Source: an uncultured Pseudomonadota bacterium
GTDB taxonomy: Bacteria; Myxococcota_A; Polyangia; Fen-1088
DNA: 64,000 nucleotides
Assembly: GCA_963847705.1 (NCBI GenBank)
Contig: CAWKBC010000047.1
Location: 32,001-96,000 of the forward strand
Reading direction: 5' to 3'
This document shows, piece by piece, positions 44,466 to 55,094 of this stretch (the stretch's first letter is position 1; the number at the start of each line of letters is the position of its first letter). Both the position numbers and the translations under genes were made by a program. The notes beneath the pieces were generated by a model. The model did not search any database and was not told the origin of the DNA. It saw nothing but the letters and a program-made list of their open reading frames with translations.

Positions 44466-45455
44466 CTAGACGCCCAGCGCGCGCAAGCCGAAGTAGAGCG
44501 CGGCGGCGATGATCGCCGCCGACTGGATGGTGAAGAGCCAGGCCCAGACGATCCGCAGCGCCACGGCCCAGCGCACGCCGGCCGGCTTGTTCACCCAGCC
44601 CACGCCGACGATGCCGCCGGTGATGGTGTGGGTGGTCGACACCGGGACGCCGAGCGCGCTGGCCAGGAAGAGCATGGCGGCCGCACCGGTCTCGGCGCAG
44701 AAGCCGCCCGACGGTTTGAGCTTGGTGAGACGCATCCCCATGGTGCGCACGATCCGCCAGCCGCCGGTCAGCGTGCCGAGGCCCATCGCCGACTGGCAGG
44801 CGATGATCACCCAGAGCGGCAGCTCCGCATGCGCCCCGATCTTCCCCTTGGCGATCAGCATCGCCATGATGATCCCCATCGTCTTCTGCGCGTCATTCGC
44901 GCCGTGCCCCAGGCTGAACAGCGCCGACGACACCAGCTGAAGGCGCCTGAACCAGCGGTCGACGCGCCCCGGCTGCTTGCGGCGGAAGACCCAGGCGACC
45001 AGCACCATCATCCCGCCGCCCAGGATCATCCCCAGCACCGGTGAGACGACGATGAAGATGGCGGTCTTGAGCACGCCGCTCTGCTGCACGACCGCGAACC
45101 CCCCCTTGCTGATCCCGGCGCCCAGCAGCCCGCCGACCAGCGCGTGCGACGAGCTGGACGGCAGCCCGTACCACCAGGTGATGAGGTTCCAGGCGATCGC
45201 CCCGCCGAGCGCGCCCAGGAGGACGGCGTCGGTGATGATCTTCGGGTCGATGATCCCCTTGCCGATGGTGTGCGCCACGTGCAGCGGGAAGACCGTGAAG
45301 GCGATGAAGTTGAAGAACCCGGCCCAGACCACCGCCTGACGCGGGGTCAGGACGCGCGTGGAGACGATGGTGGCGATCGAGTTTGCGGCGTCGTGAAACC
45401 CGTTGATGTAGTCGAAGGCCAGCGCGATCACGACAATCGCGACGATGATCAGCAT
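44466..45455 (-). CDS. PiT family inorganic phosphate transporter
   Basis: GFHDAANS, PSSSSH, GANDAQK and PVSTTH motifs. Confidence 0.93.
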   Translation of the reverse strand: MLIIVAIVVIALAFDYINGFHDAANSIATIVSTRVLTPRQAVVWAGFFNFIAFTVFPLHVAHTIGKGIIDPKIITDAVLLGALGGAIAWNLITWWYGLPSSSSHALVGGLLGAGISKGGFAVVQQSGVLKTAIFIVVSPVLGMILGGGMMVLVAWVFRRKQPGRVDRWFRRLQLVSSALFSLGHGANDAQKTMGIIMAMLIAKGKIGAHAELPLWVIIACQSAMGLGTLTGGWRIVRTMGMRLTKLKPSGGFCAETGAAAMLFLASALGVPVSTTHTITGGIVGVGWVNKPAGVRWAVALRIVWAWLFTIQSAAIIAAALYFGLRALGV

Positions 45456-45465
45456 GGGGGGTGAG

Positions 45466-46086
45466 TCAGCTGTTCTCGAGGAGCACGCCCTCGATGATGT
45501 TGGCGACGTCCTCACAACGGTCGGTGGCCGACTCCAGGGTCTCGTAGATCTCTTTCCACTTGATGACGGTGATGGGGTCCTTCTCCTCGCGGAAGAGGCG
45601 CGCCAGCGCCGCGCGCAGGATCGAGTCGGCCACGTTCTCCAGGCGGTTGATCTCGATGCAGTGCTGCAGGATGGTCTCCGACTTGCTGAGATCGCGGATG
45701 CCGGCGACCGCGCTCAGCACGTGCTCGGCGCTCGACACCAGGCAGCGCGCCAGATCGACCGCCTCCTTGGTCATCTGCTTGACGTCGTAGAGCGCCAGCC
45801 GATCGGCCGCCGCCTCCACCATGTCCATGATGTCGTCCATCTTGGTGATGAGGCGGTAAATGTCATTCCGATCGATCGGCGTGATGAAGGTCTTGTGGAG
45901 GCTCGCCACCACCGCGTGGGTGATCTCGTCGCACTCGTGCTCGATCTGCATGACCCGCTCCGCCCGCTGGTCGAGATCAGTCGGGTTCTCCACCATCTCC
46001 AAAAAGGCCCGGCACCCTTCGACCGTCTTCCGTCCTTGTTGCTCGAAGTAGGAAAAAAAGGACGGGTCGTGCGGGAGAAGCCTCAT
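45466..46086 (-). CDS. DUF47 (PhoU-like) phosphate transport regulator
   Basis: EHECD..TFITPIDRNDI and LESATDRCEDVA motifs; adjacent to PiT. Confidence 0.9.
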   Translation of the reverse strand: MRLLPHDPSFFSYFEQQGRKTVEGCRAFLEMVENPTDLDQRAERVMQIEHECDEITHAVVASLHKTFITPIDRNDIYRLITKMDDIMDMVEAAADRLALYDVKQMTKEAVDLARCLVSSAEHVLSAVAGIRDLSKSETILQHCIEINRLENVADSILRAALARLFREEKDPITVIKWKEIYETLESATDRCEDVANIIEGVLLENS

Positions 46087-46138
46087 GGCCGCCCGCTATA
46101 TATCTGAAGCGGCCGGGCGCGGCCAGCCCCGTCGCCCC

Positions 46139-47500
46139 TCACAGCGACATGGCGAAACGCAACAGGAACTCCTGCTCGAACTTCTCCATGGCCGCCAGCT
46201 CCGTGACGGTGATCGAGGTTCCGCTCCAGGCGTTGACGATGTAGTTCGCCGAGAGCCGGACGAAGCGCCCGCGCCAGTAGTTGACGCCGACCGTCCCCGA
46301 CGTCACCCGGGTGGTGGCGATCCCGGGATCTCCCAGCGCCGGGTTGTCACTGGTCAGATTCTCCTTCAGCACTTCCCCCCGCACCGCCAGCTGCAACCCC
46401 TCGGTCAGCCACGGGTGCTGGGAGGCGCCGATCCGCAGCGGCAGCTCCAGCCCCGGCGCGGGGAGCAGCCGGTCGTCCCCCAGCAGCCAGAACCAGAGCT
46501 CTCCGTAGCCGCTGATCCCGTCGAGGGTCGCCTCACCGACCGGCGTGGCCAGCCCCAGCGAGGCGTCGTCCTCGGCCAGGTGCTGCCGCTTCCAGACCAC
46601 CTCACCGCGCAGCCCGAAGCGCTCGCCGATCGGCAGGTTCAGCTCGCCACCGAAGGCGGTGACGGTCCCCTGCTCGTGCAGCTCGAATGACCGGGGCGAG
46701 GGCTGGCCGCTCGTCCAGTGCGGCTCGAAGAAGACCACCCCGCCCGGCGTCGCCTGCACCACCGCTTCGGGGCCGAGCACGTGATTGCCGTACCAGAAGG
46801 AGCCTCCAATCGACCAGCGTCTCCACCAGCCGTCGCCGAGGGCGAAGGGCGTCGCCACCAGGCGCCCGATGGTGTCCGATTGATTGTCGGCGTTGCGGAA
46901 CGCGGGCCCTTCTCCGTCGAAGAGGCCTGCCGAATAGTAAAAGCGCCCGTCGCCGACCAGGCCGTGGGCCATCACGCCGACCTCCTTGTTCCGCGGGGCG
47001 CCGAACGAGCGCGCCACCATCGCCCGCTCGATGAAGTCGGTGTAAGCGTCGGAGGTGCGGTTCTCCAGCGTGAAGGGGACGTCGAACTGCCCCGCCTGCA
47101 AGATCAAGCGATCGCCCAGCCGGTCGCCGAAGGGCGCGAACGCCAGATACTCGTCGGCGGCCGGGAGCGCGCTCGGCGCGACGTCCGTGCCGGCGGGGGG
47201 CGAGGGGGCGAAGTCGCCCGAAACGTCGAAGTAGAAGAGTGGGCCGAGCCATCCGCGGAGCTCGACACGCGCCCGGCGAACGAAGGCGCCGCTCTTGGGG
47301 GACTGCTCGCGGAAGAAGGCGCTGTCGATCTGCAGCCGTCCCCCGGGGAAGAGGACGATCGCGCCGTCGCGGCTGCGCAGGAACACCCCGTCTGCGAAGT
47401 CCCCGATCGGATCCAGCGGCGCCTCGTCGGCGCGCGCCCGGGTGGGGGCGAAGAGCAGCGCCGCGCAGAAACCGACGGTGGCGAGGCGGGCGGCGAACAT
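46139..47500 (-). CDS. OprO/OprP-like phosphate-selective porin
   Basis: Signal peptide; GRLQID, RRARVEL, GQFDVPFTLE..FIERA and GVNYW. Confidence 0.8.
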   Translation of the reverse strand: MFAARLATVGFCAALLFAPTRARADEAPLDPIGDFADGVFLRSRDGAIVLFPGGRLQIDSAFFREQSPKSGAFVRRARVELRGWLGPLFYFDVSGDFAPSPPAGTDVAPSALPAADEYLAFAPFGDRLGDRLILQAGQFDVPFTLENRTSDAYTDFIERAMVARSFGAPRNKEVGVMAHGLVGDGRFYYSAGLFDGEGPAFRNADNQSDTIGRLVATPFALGDGWWRRWSIGGSFWYGNHVLGPEAVVQATPGGVVFFEPHWTSGQPSPRSFELHEQGTVTAFGGELNLPIGERFGLRGEVVWKRQHLAEDDASLGLATPVGEATLDGISGYGELWFWLLGDDRLLPAPGLELPLRIGASQHPWLTEGLQLAVRGEVLKENLTSDNPALGDPGIATTRVTSGTVGVNYWRGRFVRLSANYIVNAWSGTSITVTELAAMEKFEQEFLLRFAMSL

Positions 47501-47539
47501 CGCGGCTTGCGCATTGTAACCGGCCGGCGAGACTGAAGC

Positions 47540-48040
47540 GTGGTTCCCGATCGAAATGACCCGCCGGAGACCGCCCCACCTGCTGACCTGCGTGCGCTGG
47601 CGCGCAAATACCAGCGGCTGGCGGGCTGGCGGGGCCAGCGTGACGGGGGCTCCTCGGCGACGCGCGACGAGCTGCGGGCCCTGGCCGCCGAATTCCCCGG
47701 CTGTCTGCGCGAGCTCGACACCCTGGGGCTTGCCGAGCTCGCGCGCCGCGCCCAGGCCTGTGCCGGGGCGGTGAACGGGACGACCTCGGCGGAGCCGTGG
47801 ATGGCCTGGATCGCCGGCTACCACGACCTGATGCGGCGGGCCTTCGCGGCCCGCGACCGCCGCGCCCGCGGCGAATCCGGGGAGACCGACGACGACTTCG
47901 AGCGAGCGGTCCTCGCGCCGCCCGGCGGGAGGATGGGGGTGGTGGTGCTGCGCACGCTGGCCGCGCGCTTTGGCGTACCGGCGGCGACAATCGCCGCTGT
48001 GCTCTTCCCGGTGCGCCGCCCCTCGCCCTACGAGGTTTAG
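47540..48040 (+). CDS. Hypothetical protein
   Basis: Protein-like ORF (LARKY..EFPGCLRELD) filling the gap, divergent from the porin. Confidence 0.55.
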   Translation: MVPDRNDPPETAPPADLRALARKYQRLAGWRGQRDGGSSATRDELRALAAEFPGCLRELDTLGLAELARRAQACAGAVNGTTSAEPWMAWIAGYHDLMRRAFAARDRRARGESGETDDDFERAVLAPPGGRMGVVVLRTLAARFGVPAATIAAVLFPVRRPSPYEV

Positions 48041-48053
48041 GGCGCCTTCGGGC

Positions 48054-48105
48054 GCGCGTCTTGGTCGCCGGTCTTGGTCGCGCGTCTTGGTCGCGCGTCT
48101 TGGTC
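48054..48105. repeat. 13-bp tandem repeat x4
   Basis: GCGCGTCTTGGTC units ending 1 bp before the ATG at 48107. Confidence 0.85.
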
Positions 48106-48106
48106 G

Positions 48107-48400
48107 ATGACGGCCGATCGCACGGGTCGCTGGCGCTATCGCAAGCTCTCCGCCTTCCAGGTCGAGGGGTACGCCGACCACGTCGGCTTCGGCCGGCCGC
48201 TCGATCTGGCGCGCGAACGCCAGGCGCTGATCGACGACGCGCCGGAGATGAGCACCCGCCGGTCCGGGCTCTACAAGCGCTACGAGCTGCTGGTGGCGTA
48301 CCTTCTGGAGCGGCGCGGCCTCTCCGTCGATGAGCTCCTGGCACGGCGGATCCAGCAGCGACAGATCGAGGGCGAGCTGCTGAGCGACACGGGGATCTGA
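48107..48400 (+). CDS. Small hypothetical protein
   Basis: 97-aa ORF with high-GC3 codon usage. Confidence 0.5.
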   Translation: MTADRTGRWRYRKLSAFQVEGYADHVGFGRPLDLARERQALIDDAPEMSTRRSGLYKRYELLVAYLLERRGLSVDELLARRIQQRQIEGELLSDTGI

Positions 48401-48405
48401 ACCGA

Positions 48406-50637
48406 TCAGCGCGTCGGGAGGGGCCGGACCCGCGCCAACGAGGCGGCCAGCGCCTCCGGCTCGTGCACCGGCAGGTCGCAGCGACCGTGCACGCAGACGT
48501 AGGCGGTCGGTCGGCCGTCGAGCGCGGGCTTGTCGGCGATCCAGGGCACCAGCGCGCCCAGCGCCGCCACGTCGGTCTCGCACGCGGCCGCGATGGCGCG
48601 GTTGGGGACGAACGTGCGGCGCACCACCTCGAGCAACGGCGCGGCGCTGGCGATCGTGGCGTCGCGCGGCCAGACGATGGCGATCTCGCGCGCCTCGTCC
48701 GTCGCGTAGTCCACGGCCAGCAGTGTCTCCGTGAGCGCGAGCGGGTTTTCCATGAGCGGCCCCGACAGACTGGCCAGCGCGCGCTCGGCGGTGGTGCGCC
48801 AGCGGTCATCCGCGGTGAAGGTGTGGAGACGCAACGCCGACAGCAGCGCGACGGAGGCGCCGGACGGCTCGGCGCCGTCATAGGCCGGCTTCTCACGGGC
48901 AATGAGCTTCTCGTGGTCGCCGGCCGTCATGAACCAGCCGCCGGCCGGATCGGCGAAGCGGCGCTCGGTCTCCTCGGCGAGGGCCAGCGCCGTCTCGAGC
49001 CAGCGGCGCTCGAAGGTCGCCTCGTAGAGATCGAGCAACCCGGCCGTGAGGAAGGCCTGGTCGTCGAGGAACGCCGCGACGCCGGTCCGTCCCTCCTTCC
49101 AGCTCCGCACCAACCGCCCGTCCGGACGCATCCGGTCGAGCACGAAGCTGGCCGCGCGCGCGGCCGCAGCGACGTAACGCGGCTCATCGAGCACGCGGCC
49201 GGCGACGGCCAAGCCGGAGATCGCCAGGCCGTTCCAGGCGGCCAGGATCTTCTCGTCCCGCAGGGGCGGTGGCCGCCTGGCGCGGACGGCGTAGAGGGCG
49301 GCCCGGGCCTCGGCCAGCGCAGCCCACTCGTCTTCGTCGGGGCGCGCGACGTGCAGGATGTTCTCCCCTTCGAAGTTGCCGCCCGCGGTGACGCCGTAGT
49401 GCGCGACGAAGCGGGCGGCGTCGGCGCCCGGTCCGATGACCCTCTCGAGCTCCTGCTTCGACCAGACGAAGAACTTCCCTTCCGCCGAGACGCCGTCTGC
49501 GCCCTCCGAGTCGGCGTCGGTCGCCGAATAGAATCCACCGTCGGGCGCGGTCATCTCGCGCGCCAGATAGTCGAGCGTCTCGCGGGCGACGCGCGCGAAG
49601 TCGCCGCGCCCGGTGGCCTGGAACGCCTCGGCGTACGCCACGACCAGGAGGCCGTTGTCGTAGAGCATCTTCTCGAAGTGCGGCACCAGCCAGGCGGCAT
49701 CGGTCGAGTAGCGATGAAATCCGCCGGCCAGCTGATCGTACATGCCGCCGCCGGCCATCTTCTCCAGGGTGAACGTCGCCATCCGGAGCGCGTCGGCGTC
49801 GCCCGTCCGTCGATGCTCGCGGAGCAGAAGGCGAATCGGGAGATTGGACGGGAACTTGGGCGCGCGCCGCAGACCGCCGTTGGCCTCGTCGAAGACGCGC
49901 TTGTAGGCGCCGACCGTCTGGCCGATCAGGCCAGCGCCGGGGGTCTCCACAGCGCTGCCGGACGTCGCACCGGGCGCCGGCTCCATCTGCGCGCGCACCG
50001 CCCGCACCAGCGCCTCCGCCGCGCGTCCGACGCGCTCCCCGTCGCTGACGTACGTCTGGTAGATGTCGCCGAGCAGCTCCAGGAACCCGTGGCGGGCGCC
50101 GCGCGCCCCCTCGCGCGGCGGAAAATAAGTCCCACCGAAGAACGGCTCTCGAGCGGGGGTCAGCCAGACGCTCATCGGCCAGCCGCCCGACTGGTTCAGC
50201 GCCTGCACGGCGGCCATGTAGATCGCGTCGACGTCGGGGCGCTCCTCGCGGTCGACCTTGATGCAGACGTAGTGGCCGTTCATGAAGGCGGCGATCTCTT
50301 CGTCCTCGAACGACTCCGCCTCCATCACGTGGCACCAGTGGCAGGTGGCGTACCCGATGGAGAGAAAGACCGGCCGTCCGAGCCGGCGCGCCTTGTCGAA
50401 GGCCTCGTCGCCCCAGGCCATCCAGTCGACCGGGTTGTGCGCGTGCTGCAGCAGGTAGGGGCTCGATTCGAGGATCAGCCGGTTGGTGTACTTCGGCGCG
50501 TCGGCGCCCAGCAGGTGGTGCGTGCGCGGGCGGTAGCCGCCCGGCGCAGCCTGGTGCCGGCGGAGAGCGGCGCCCAGCTCCGCCGCCAGCTCGGGGGAGT
50601 AGGCAGGCGCTTGGGGTGGCGCAGCGATGGTGGGCAC
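48406..50637 (-). CDS. Thioredoxin-domain protein YyaL/SPATA20 family
   Basis: [29 protein letters not shown] and [10 protein letters not shown] motifs. Confidence 0.93.
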   Translation of the reverse strand: MPTIAAPPQAPAYSPELAAELGAALRRHQAAPGGYRPRTHHLLGADAPKYTNRLILESSPYLLQHAHNPVDWMAWGDEAFDKARRLGRPVFLSIGYATCHWCHVMEAESFEDEEIAAFMNGHYVCIKVDREERPDVDAIYMAAVQALNQSGGWPMSVWLTPAREPFFGGTYFPPREGARGARHGFLELLGDIYQTYVSDGERVGRAAEALVRAVRAQMEPAPGATSGSAVETPGAGLIGQTVGAYKRVFDEANGGLRRAPKFPSNLPIRLLLREHRRTGDADALRMATFTLEKMAGGGMYDQLAGGFHRYSTDAAWLVPHFEKMLYDNGLLVVAYAEAFQATGRGDFARVARETLDYLAREMTAPDGGFYSATDADSEGADGVSAEGKFFVWSKQELERVIGPGADAARFVAHYGVTAGGNFEGENILHVARPDEDEWAALAEARAALYAVRARRPPPLRDEKILAAWNGLAISGLAVAGRVLDEPRYVAAAARAASFVLDRMRPDGRLVRSWKEGRTGVAAFLDDQAFLTAGLLDLYEATFERRWLETALALAEETERRFADPAGGWFMTAGDHEKLIAREKPAYDGAEPSGASVALLSALRLHTFTADDRWRTTAERALASLSGPLMENPLALTETLLAVDYATDEAREIAIVWPRDATIASAAPLLEVVRRTFVPNRAIAAACETDVAALGALVPWIADKPALDGRPTAYVCVHGRCDLPVHEPEALAASLARVRPLPTR

Positions 50638-50768
50638 GACCCGAAGCTAACACCGTCCCGGCCGGGACGAAGCCCGCTTCCTCGATCGCCGGCGTGTCGA
50701 TCCTTCGAACGGTCTCGCCGTCGCCACTTTCGCGATCATCTCGCACGATCATCGCCCGGAGGGGACCC

Positions 50769-50863
50769 ATGACGACGCGGGAGATCGGCAAGAGGTCGGC
50801 CTCTTCACCGTCGAGAACGGCAAGATCACGCGCGAGGCGTTCTTCTACTCCCTGGAAGGTTGA
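50769..50863 (+). pseudogene. SnoaL/NTF2-like gene remnant with internal deletion
   Basis: RBS GGAGG plus MTTREIGKR, joined out of frame to EVGLFTVENGKITREAFFYSLEG*; 95 nt in total. Confidence 0.6.
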
Positions 50864-50878
50864 ACTGGCGGCGGGCCG

Positions 50879-52441
50879 CTACCGCTCGAACATCTGATCG
50901 ACCGGCACCACGCGGACCGCGTCCTTGTTGAGCGGCACCGGGAACTTCTCGATGATCTTGTCCTCGGCCAGCACCTCGGGCGGGGTGCCGGCCGTGTCGT
51001 AGGTGATCGGCGTCGGTGCGTCGCTGAGCAGCTTGTCGGCCAGCGCCTGCCCGTGATCGGCGACGATGGCGATGGCCAGCCCGTTCAGCGACAGGTGCTT
51101 GCGGACCGCCTTGTCGACCTCGGCCTTGGTCATCTTGGGGAGGCGCGCCTGCAGCTCCTTCACCAGATCCTTGCCGGTGAGGACGGCGTCGATGGCGAAG
51201 CCGAGCCGGCGCGACACGTCCTGCGCCCAGAGGTTGGCGTAGTTGGTCAGGAAGGTCTTGGTGGCGTCGAAGCCCGACTGGGGGATGCCGTCGCGGATCA
51301 GCTTGTCGGTCTCGTAGAGGGCGGCGCGCAGCGCGAACAGGCTGTTCTGCGGCGGGACCGGGCGCAGCCAGATCTCGAAGTGCTGCTGGCGGCGGGGAAT
51401 GTTGGGGAGCGGGAAGGTGGTCCATCCGTCCTGGATGAAGCTCTCGATGTAGGCGTAATCGCCGTAGTTGAGGCCGCGGTTTCCGCGCAGGTGATTCATC
51501 AGCACGCCATTGAAGGTGCGGTGTTCGCCCAGGTACGACCGCGCCACGGTGAGCGGGTAGAAATCGGCGTCCTTGCGGGTCACATCGAGGGTGTGGCCGA
51601 TCGAGATGGCGTTGGCGCGCGCGTCCTTCTGCACGACCAGGAGCTGATTGTCCTTGAGCGCCGGCGCAGGGGGCAGCTTGGGGAGCGGCGGCGCCTTGGC
51701 GGGAAGCGCGGAGAACCGCTTGGCGAACGCCTCGGCGAAGCCGGCCGGGTATCCGCCAGCGAGGCCGACCACCAGCCGGCTGCGCGCGTAGTGCGACGCG
51801 TAGAACTTCTTCACGTCGTCGAGCGTGATGGCAGTGAGGCCGGCGACCGTCCCCGACGTGGGGCGCCCGTACGGGTGCCCCTGGTAGAGCACCGTGGCCA
51901 GCGCCTGCTTGCCCAGCTCCTCGTCGGCGTTCCCGCGCAACGTCTTGGTCAGGTAGTCGAGCGCGTCTTCCTTGTTGCGCGCGAAGTCGTCGTCGGCGAA
52001 CCGGGGGGTCAGCACCTGCCCGGCCAGGAGATCGGCGAACTTCGCCAGGTTGTCGCGGTGGACCGTCCCTTCGAACACCACCGATTCCTTGTCGCTGTAG
52101 ACCCTGATCTCGGCGGCCAGGGGATAGAGCGCGTCGAGCAGCTCGGAGTAGGTGTGGGCCTTGCTGCCGCCGCGCCCGAGCATGTCGGCGGTGAGCGACG
52201 CCACCCCCTCCTTGCCGGCGGGATCGTCGACCGAGCCGATCTGGAAGACCAGGCGTATCGCGCAGAGCGGGCTCTGCGGCGAGGGGATGAAGACGGTGCG
52301 GATCCCCGCGACGCTGGTGGGCGTCCTGGGTGTCGTCTTGGTCGGAGTCTTGGTCGTTGTGGTCTTGGTCATGGGATTGTCGGGTGCGGCGACGGCGTGG
52401 GCGGCGAACAGCAGAGTGGGGAGGACGATGGCGAATTTCAT
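50879..52441 (-). CDS. M16 peptidase family, non-catalytic subunit
   Basis: GSVDDPAGKEG without HxxEH; LRGNRGLNY; signal peptide. Confidence 0.85.
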   Translation of the reverse strand: MKFAIVLPTLLFAAHAVAAPDNPMTKTTTTKTPTKTTPRTPTSVAGIRTVFIPSPQSPLCAIRLVFQIGSVDDPAGKEGVASLTADMLGRGGSKAHTYSELLDALYPLAAEIRVYSDKESVVFEGTVHRDNLAKFADLLAGQVLTPRFADDDFARNKEDALDYLTKTLRGNADEELGKQALATVLYQGHPYGRPTSGTVAGLTAITLDDVKKFYASHYARSRLVVGLAGGYPAGFAEAFAKRFSALPAKAPPLPKLPPAPALKDNQLLVVQKDARANAISIGHTLDVTRKDADFYPLTVARSYLGEHRTFNGVLMNHLRGNRGLNYGDYAYIESFIQDGWTTFPLPNIPRRQQHFEIWLRPVPPQNSLFALRAALYETDKLIRDGIPQSGFDATKTFLTNYANLWAQDVSRRLGFAIDAVLTGKDLVKELQARLPKMTKAEVDKAVRKHLSLNGLAIAIVADHGQALADKLLSDAPTPITYDTAGTPPEVLAEDKIIEKFPVPLNKDAVRVVPVDQMFER

Positions 52442-53844
52442 TTGCCGGCCTTGAGCGAGACGACGGTGCGGTTCGCCGGCTGGAAGTAGGCGGCGGCCAC
52501 CCGCTTGACGTCGGCGCTGGTCACCTTGTCGTAGAGCGCGAAGTAGGCGTTGATCGAGGCGAGCTCGCCGGTCAGCGCGATGAACGACGAGGCGGTGTAG
52601 GCCGTCTTGTCGGCCGTCGAGAGCTGGCCGGCGAAGGCGTACTTGACGTGCGAGAGGACGTCCCGGAGCGTGGCGTCGTCGACCCCGTCCTTCGCGATGC
52701 GCGCCATCTCGTCGTGGATCGACGTCTCGACGTAGCCGAGGTCGGCGGGCTTCTTGATGCGCGCGAACACGGTGAACAGGTTGGGATCGACGTGGGCGTC
52801 GTTCGAGCCCGACATCGACTCGACCTTCTGCTCCTTGATCACCAGCTTCTTGTAAAGCGGCGCTCGCTCGGCGAACAGCAGCTCGGCCAGCACGTCCAGC
52901 GTCGGCAGGTCGACGTTCGTGGTCGAGAAGCCGGGCGTGTGGTACCCCTCGACCAGCATCGGCAGCGTCGGCCCCGGCCAGACGAGCTCGGCGCGCTGCT
53001 CCTTCTTCTGGGGCGGCTCCACCGGGATGGCCGGGTGCGGGTTGCCCGCCTTCCAGCCGCCGTAGCTCGCCTCGACCAGCTTGAAGACCTCCTCGGGATC
53101 GGCGTCGCCGACCACCAGGAGGACCACGTTCTCGGGGCGATAGAACCGGTCGAAGAACTGCCGCGAGTAGGCCATCTCGTTGGGCATGTTCTCGATGTCC
53201 TTGAGAAAGCCCATCGTGGTGTGCTTGTAGGTGTGCGTGGTGAAGGCGTGGTCGTAGAGCGTCTCGACCATCTTCTCCATCGGGTTGGAGGCGTTCTTGT
53301 TGTATTCGCCGAGGACGGCGCGCGCCTCCTTCTGGAAGTCGGCCTGCTGGTAGGTGAGGTGCTGGAAGCGATCGCTCTCGATCTCCACGATCTTGGGGAG
53401 CGCCTGCTTGCCCGCCAGGATGTGATAGACGGTCAGATCGTCGGAGGTGAAGGCGTTGGAGTCGGCGCCCATCTGCTTGATGACGCCGTTGTAGGCGTCG
53501 AGCGTGTACTTCTCGGTGCCGTGGAACATCATGTGCTCGAAGAAGTGGGCGAACCCCGACTTGCCCGCCTCGACCTCGTTGCGGCTGCCGGTGCGCACCA
53601 CCGAGTAGTAGGCGACCAGGCCTGGCGAGTCGAAGCCGACGACGTAGACGCGCAGGCCGTTGGGGAGCGTCTTTTCCTTCACCGGAAACGGGAACGCCAC
53701 GCCGGCGCCGGAGGTGGCGCCAGGAGGCGGGGTGGCGGGCGCGGCCGATGCCGAAGAGGGGCGGCCGAGCGCCGCCAGGAGCGGCAGGGCGAGCGCGCCG
53801 GCCAAAAGCACGGGCGTGAGCGCGGGGGTCAGGAGCATGCGCAT
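52438..53844 (-). CDS. M16 zinc peptidase, catalytic subunit
   Basis: GFAHFFEHMMF (HxxEH) and NAFTSDDLT. Confidence 0.92.
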   Translation of the reverse strand: MRMLLTPALTPVLLAGALALPLLAALGRPSSASAAPATPPPGATSGAGVAFPFPVKEKTLPNGLRVYVVGFDSPGLVAYYSVVRTGSRNEVEAGKSGFAHFFEHMMFHGTEKYTLDAYNGVIKQMGADSNAFTSDDLTVYHILAGKQALPKIVEIESDRFQHLTYQQADFQKEARAVLGEYNKNASNPMEKMVETLYDHAFTTHTYKHTTMGFLKDIENMPNEMAYSRQFFDRFYRPENVVLLVVGDADPEEVFKLVEASYGGWKAGNPHPAIPVEPPQKKEQRAELVWPGPTLPMLVEGYHTPGFSTTNVDLPTLDVLAELLFAERAPLYKKLVIKEQKVESMSGSNDAHVDPNLFTVFARIKKPADLGYVETSIHDEMARIAKDGVDDATLRDVLSHVKYAFAGQLSTADKTAYTASSFIALTGELASINAYFALYDKVTSADVKRVAAAYFQPANRTVVSLKAGK

Positions 53845-53885
53845 GCGGTCTCCGGGTGGGTTGCGACGTAGGATAGTGCCGGCAG

Positions 53886-55094
53886 ATGAAAACAGAATCG
53901 CCCCACCGCCACAACCGATACTCCGTGACGGGGAGATTGCTCCTCGACGGGCGATTGGTGCCGGGCGCCCTGGTGGTCGACGGGGATCGGATCGTGGAAG
54001 TCCGAACCGACGGGGTGGGAGAGCTGCCGGGCCCGCGCCTCGACGCCGAGATCGTGTCTCCCGGGCTCATCGACCTGCAATGCAACGGCGGGTTCGGTTT
54101 CGAGGTCGGGGGTGACGCCGGGGCGCTGGGCGCCCTCGCGGCCCGCCTGCCGTCGACGGGGGTGACGACCTTCTTGCCGACGGTGGTCAGCGCGCGGGCG
54201 GCGGACTACCGGGCCTTCGCCGCCGCGCTGGCCGCGATGGAGCTCGGGGAGGCGGGCGCCCCGCCGCGCGCCCAGGCTGCCGGGCTGCATCTGGAGGGGC
54301 CGCTGCTGGCGGCGGCGCGCGCGGGGGCGCACGATCGCGCGGCCATCGCGGCCGCCGACGACACGCTCGATGAGGTCCTCGACGAGCTGCTGGCCTCGCG
54401 GGCCCTGCGCCTGATGACGCTGGCGCCGGAGCGCCCCGGGGCGCTTTTGCGCCTTCGGCGCCTCGTCGACGCCGATGTGGTGGTCAGCCTCGGTCACACC
54501 GACGCCACGTACGACGAGATGCTCGACGGAACCGATGCGGGTGCGACCTTGGCCACGCACCTCTTCAACGCCATGTCGCCCTTTCACCACCGCGCGCCCG
54601 GCGCGGTCGGCGCGGCGCTGATCGACGAGCGGCTGACCGTCGGCCTGATCGCCGACGGGGTGCACGCCCACCCGGCGGCGCTGAACCTGGTGCTGCGCGC
54701 CAAAGGCGCCGAGGGGATCGTTCTGGTCACCGACGCGGTCGCGGCGGCCGGCGCGCCAACCGGGACCTACGGCCTCGGCGGCGCGCCGATCCTCTCCGAT
54801 GGCGAGAGCGCGCGGCGGCCCGATGGAACCCTGGCCGGCTCGACGCTGACCATGGATCGCGCCGTACGCGGGATGGTCGCGCTCGGCGGCGCCCGCCCCG
54901 AGCAGGCGCTGACGATGGCGACCGCCGTCCCCGCCGCGCGCCTCGGCTTCGCCGATCGCGGCCGCCTGGCCGTCGGCCGGCGCGCCGACCTGGCCCTCTG
55001 GTCCGAAGAGCTGAAGCTGCTCTTCACGGTGATCGGCGGCCTGTCGGCGTTCGCTTCAGATCCCCTCTCCCCGCGGGAGCGGGGAGAGGGCTAG
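53886..55094 (+). CDS. nagA: N-acetylglucosamine-6-phosphate deacetylase
   Basis: PGLIDLQCNG, HLEGP, GHT, THLFNAM, TDA and LAGS motifs. Confidence 0.92.
   Translation: MKTESPHRHNRYSVTGRLLLDGRLVPGALVVDGDRIVEVRTDGVGELPGPRLDAEIVSPGLIDLQCNGGFGFEVGGDAGALGALAARLPSTGVTTFLPTVVSARAADYRAFAAALAAMELGEAGAPPRAQAAGLHLEGPLLAAARAGAHDRAAIAAADDTLDEVLDELLASRALRLMTLAPERPGALLRLRRLVDADVVVSLGHTDATYDEMLDGTDAGATLATHLFNAMSPFHHRAPGAVGAALIDERLTVGLIADGVHAHPAALNLVLRAKGAEGIVLVTDAVAAAGAPTGTYGLGGAPILSDGESARRPDGTLAGSTLTMDRAVRGMVALGGARPEQALTMATAVPAARLGFADRGRLAVGRRADLALWSEELKLLFTVIGGLSAFASDPLSPRERGEG

Noticed and set aside
52334-52370. GTCTTGGTC repeats matching the 48054 array
   Set aside because: They encode Thr-Lys-Thr low-complexity linker codons; a 9-bp match is probably coincidental.
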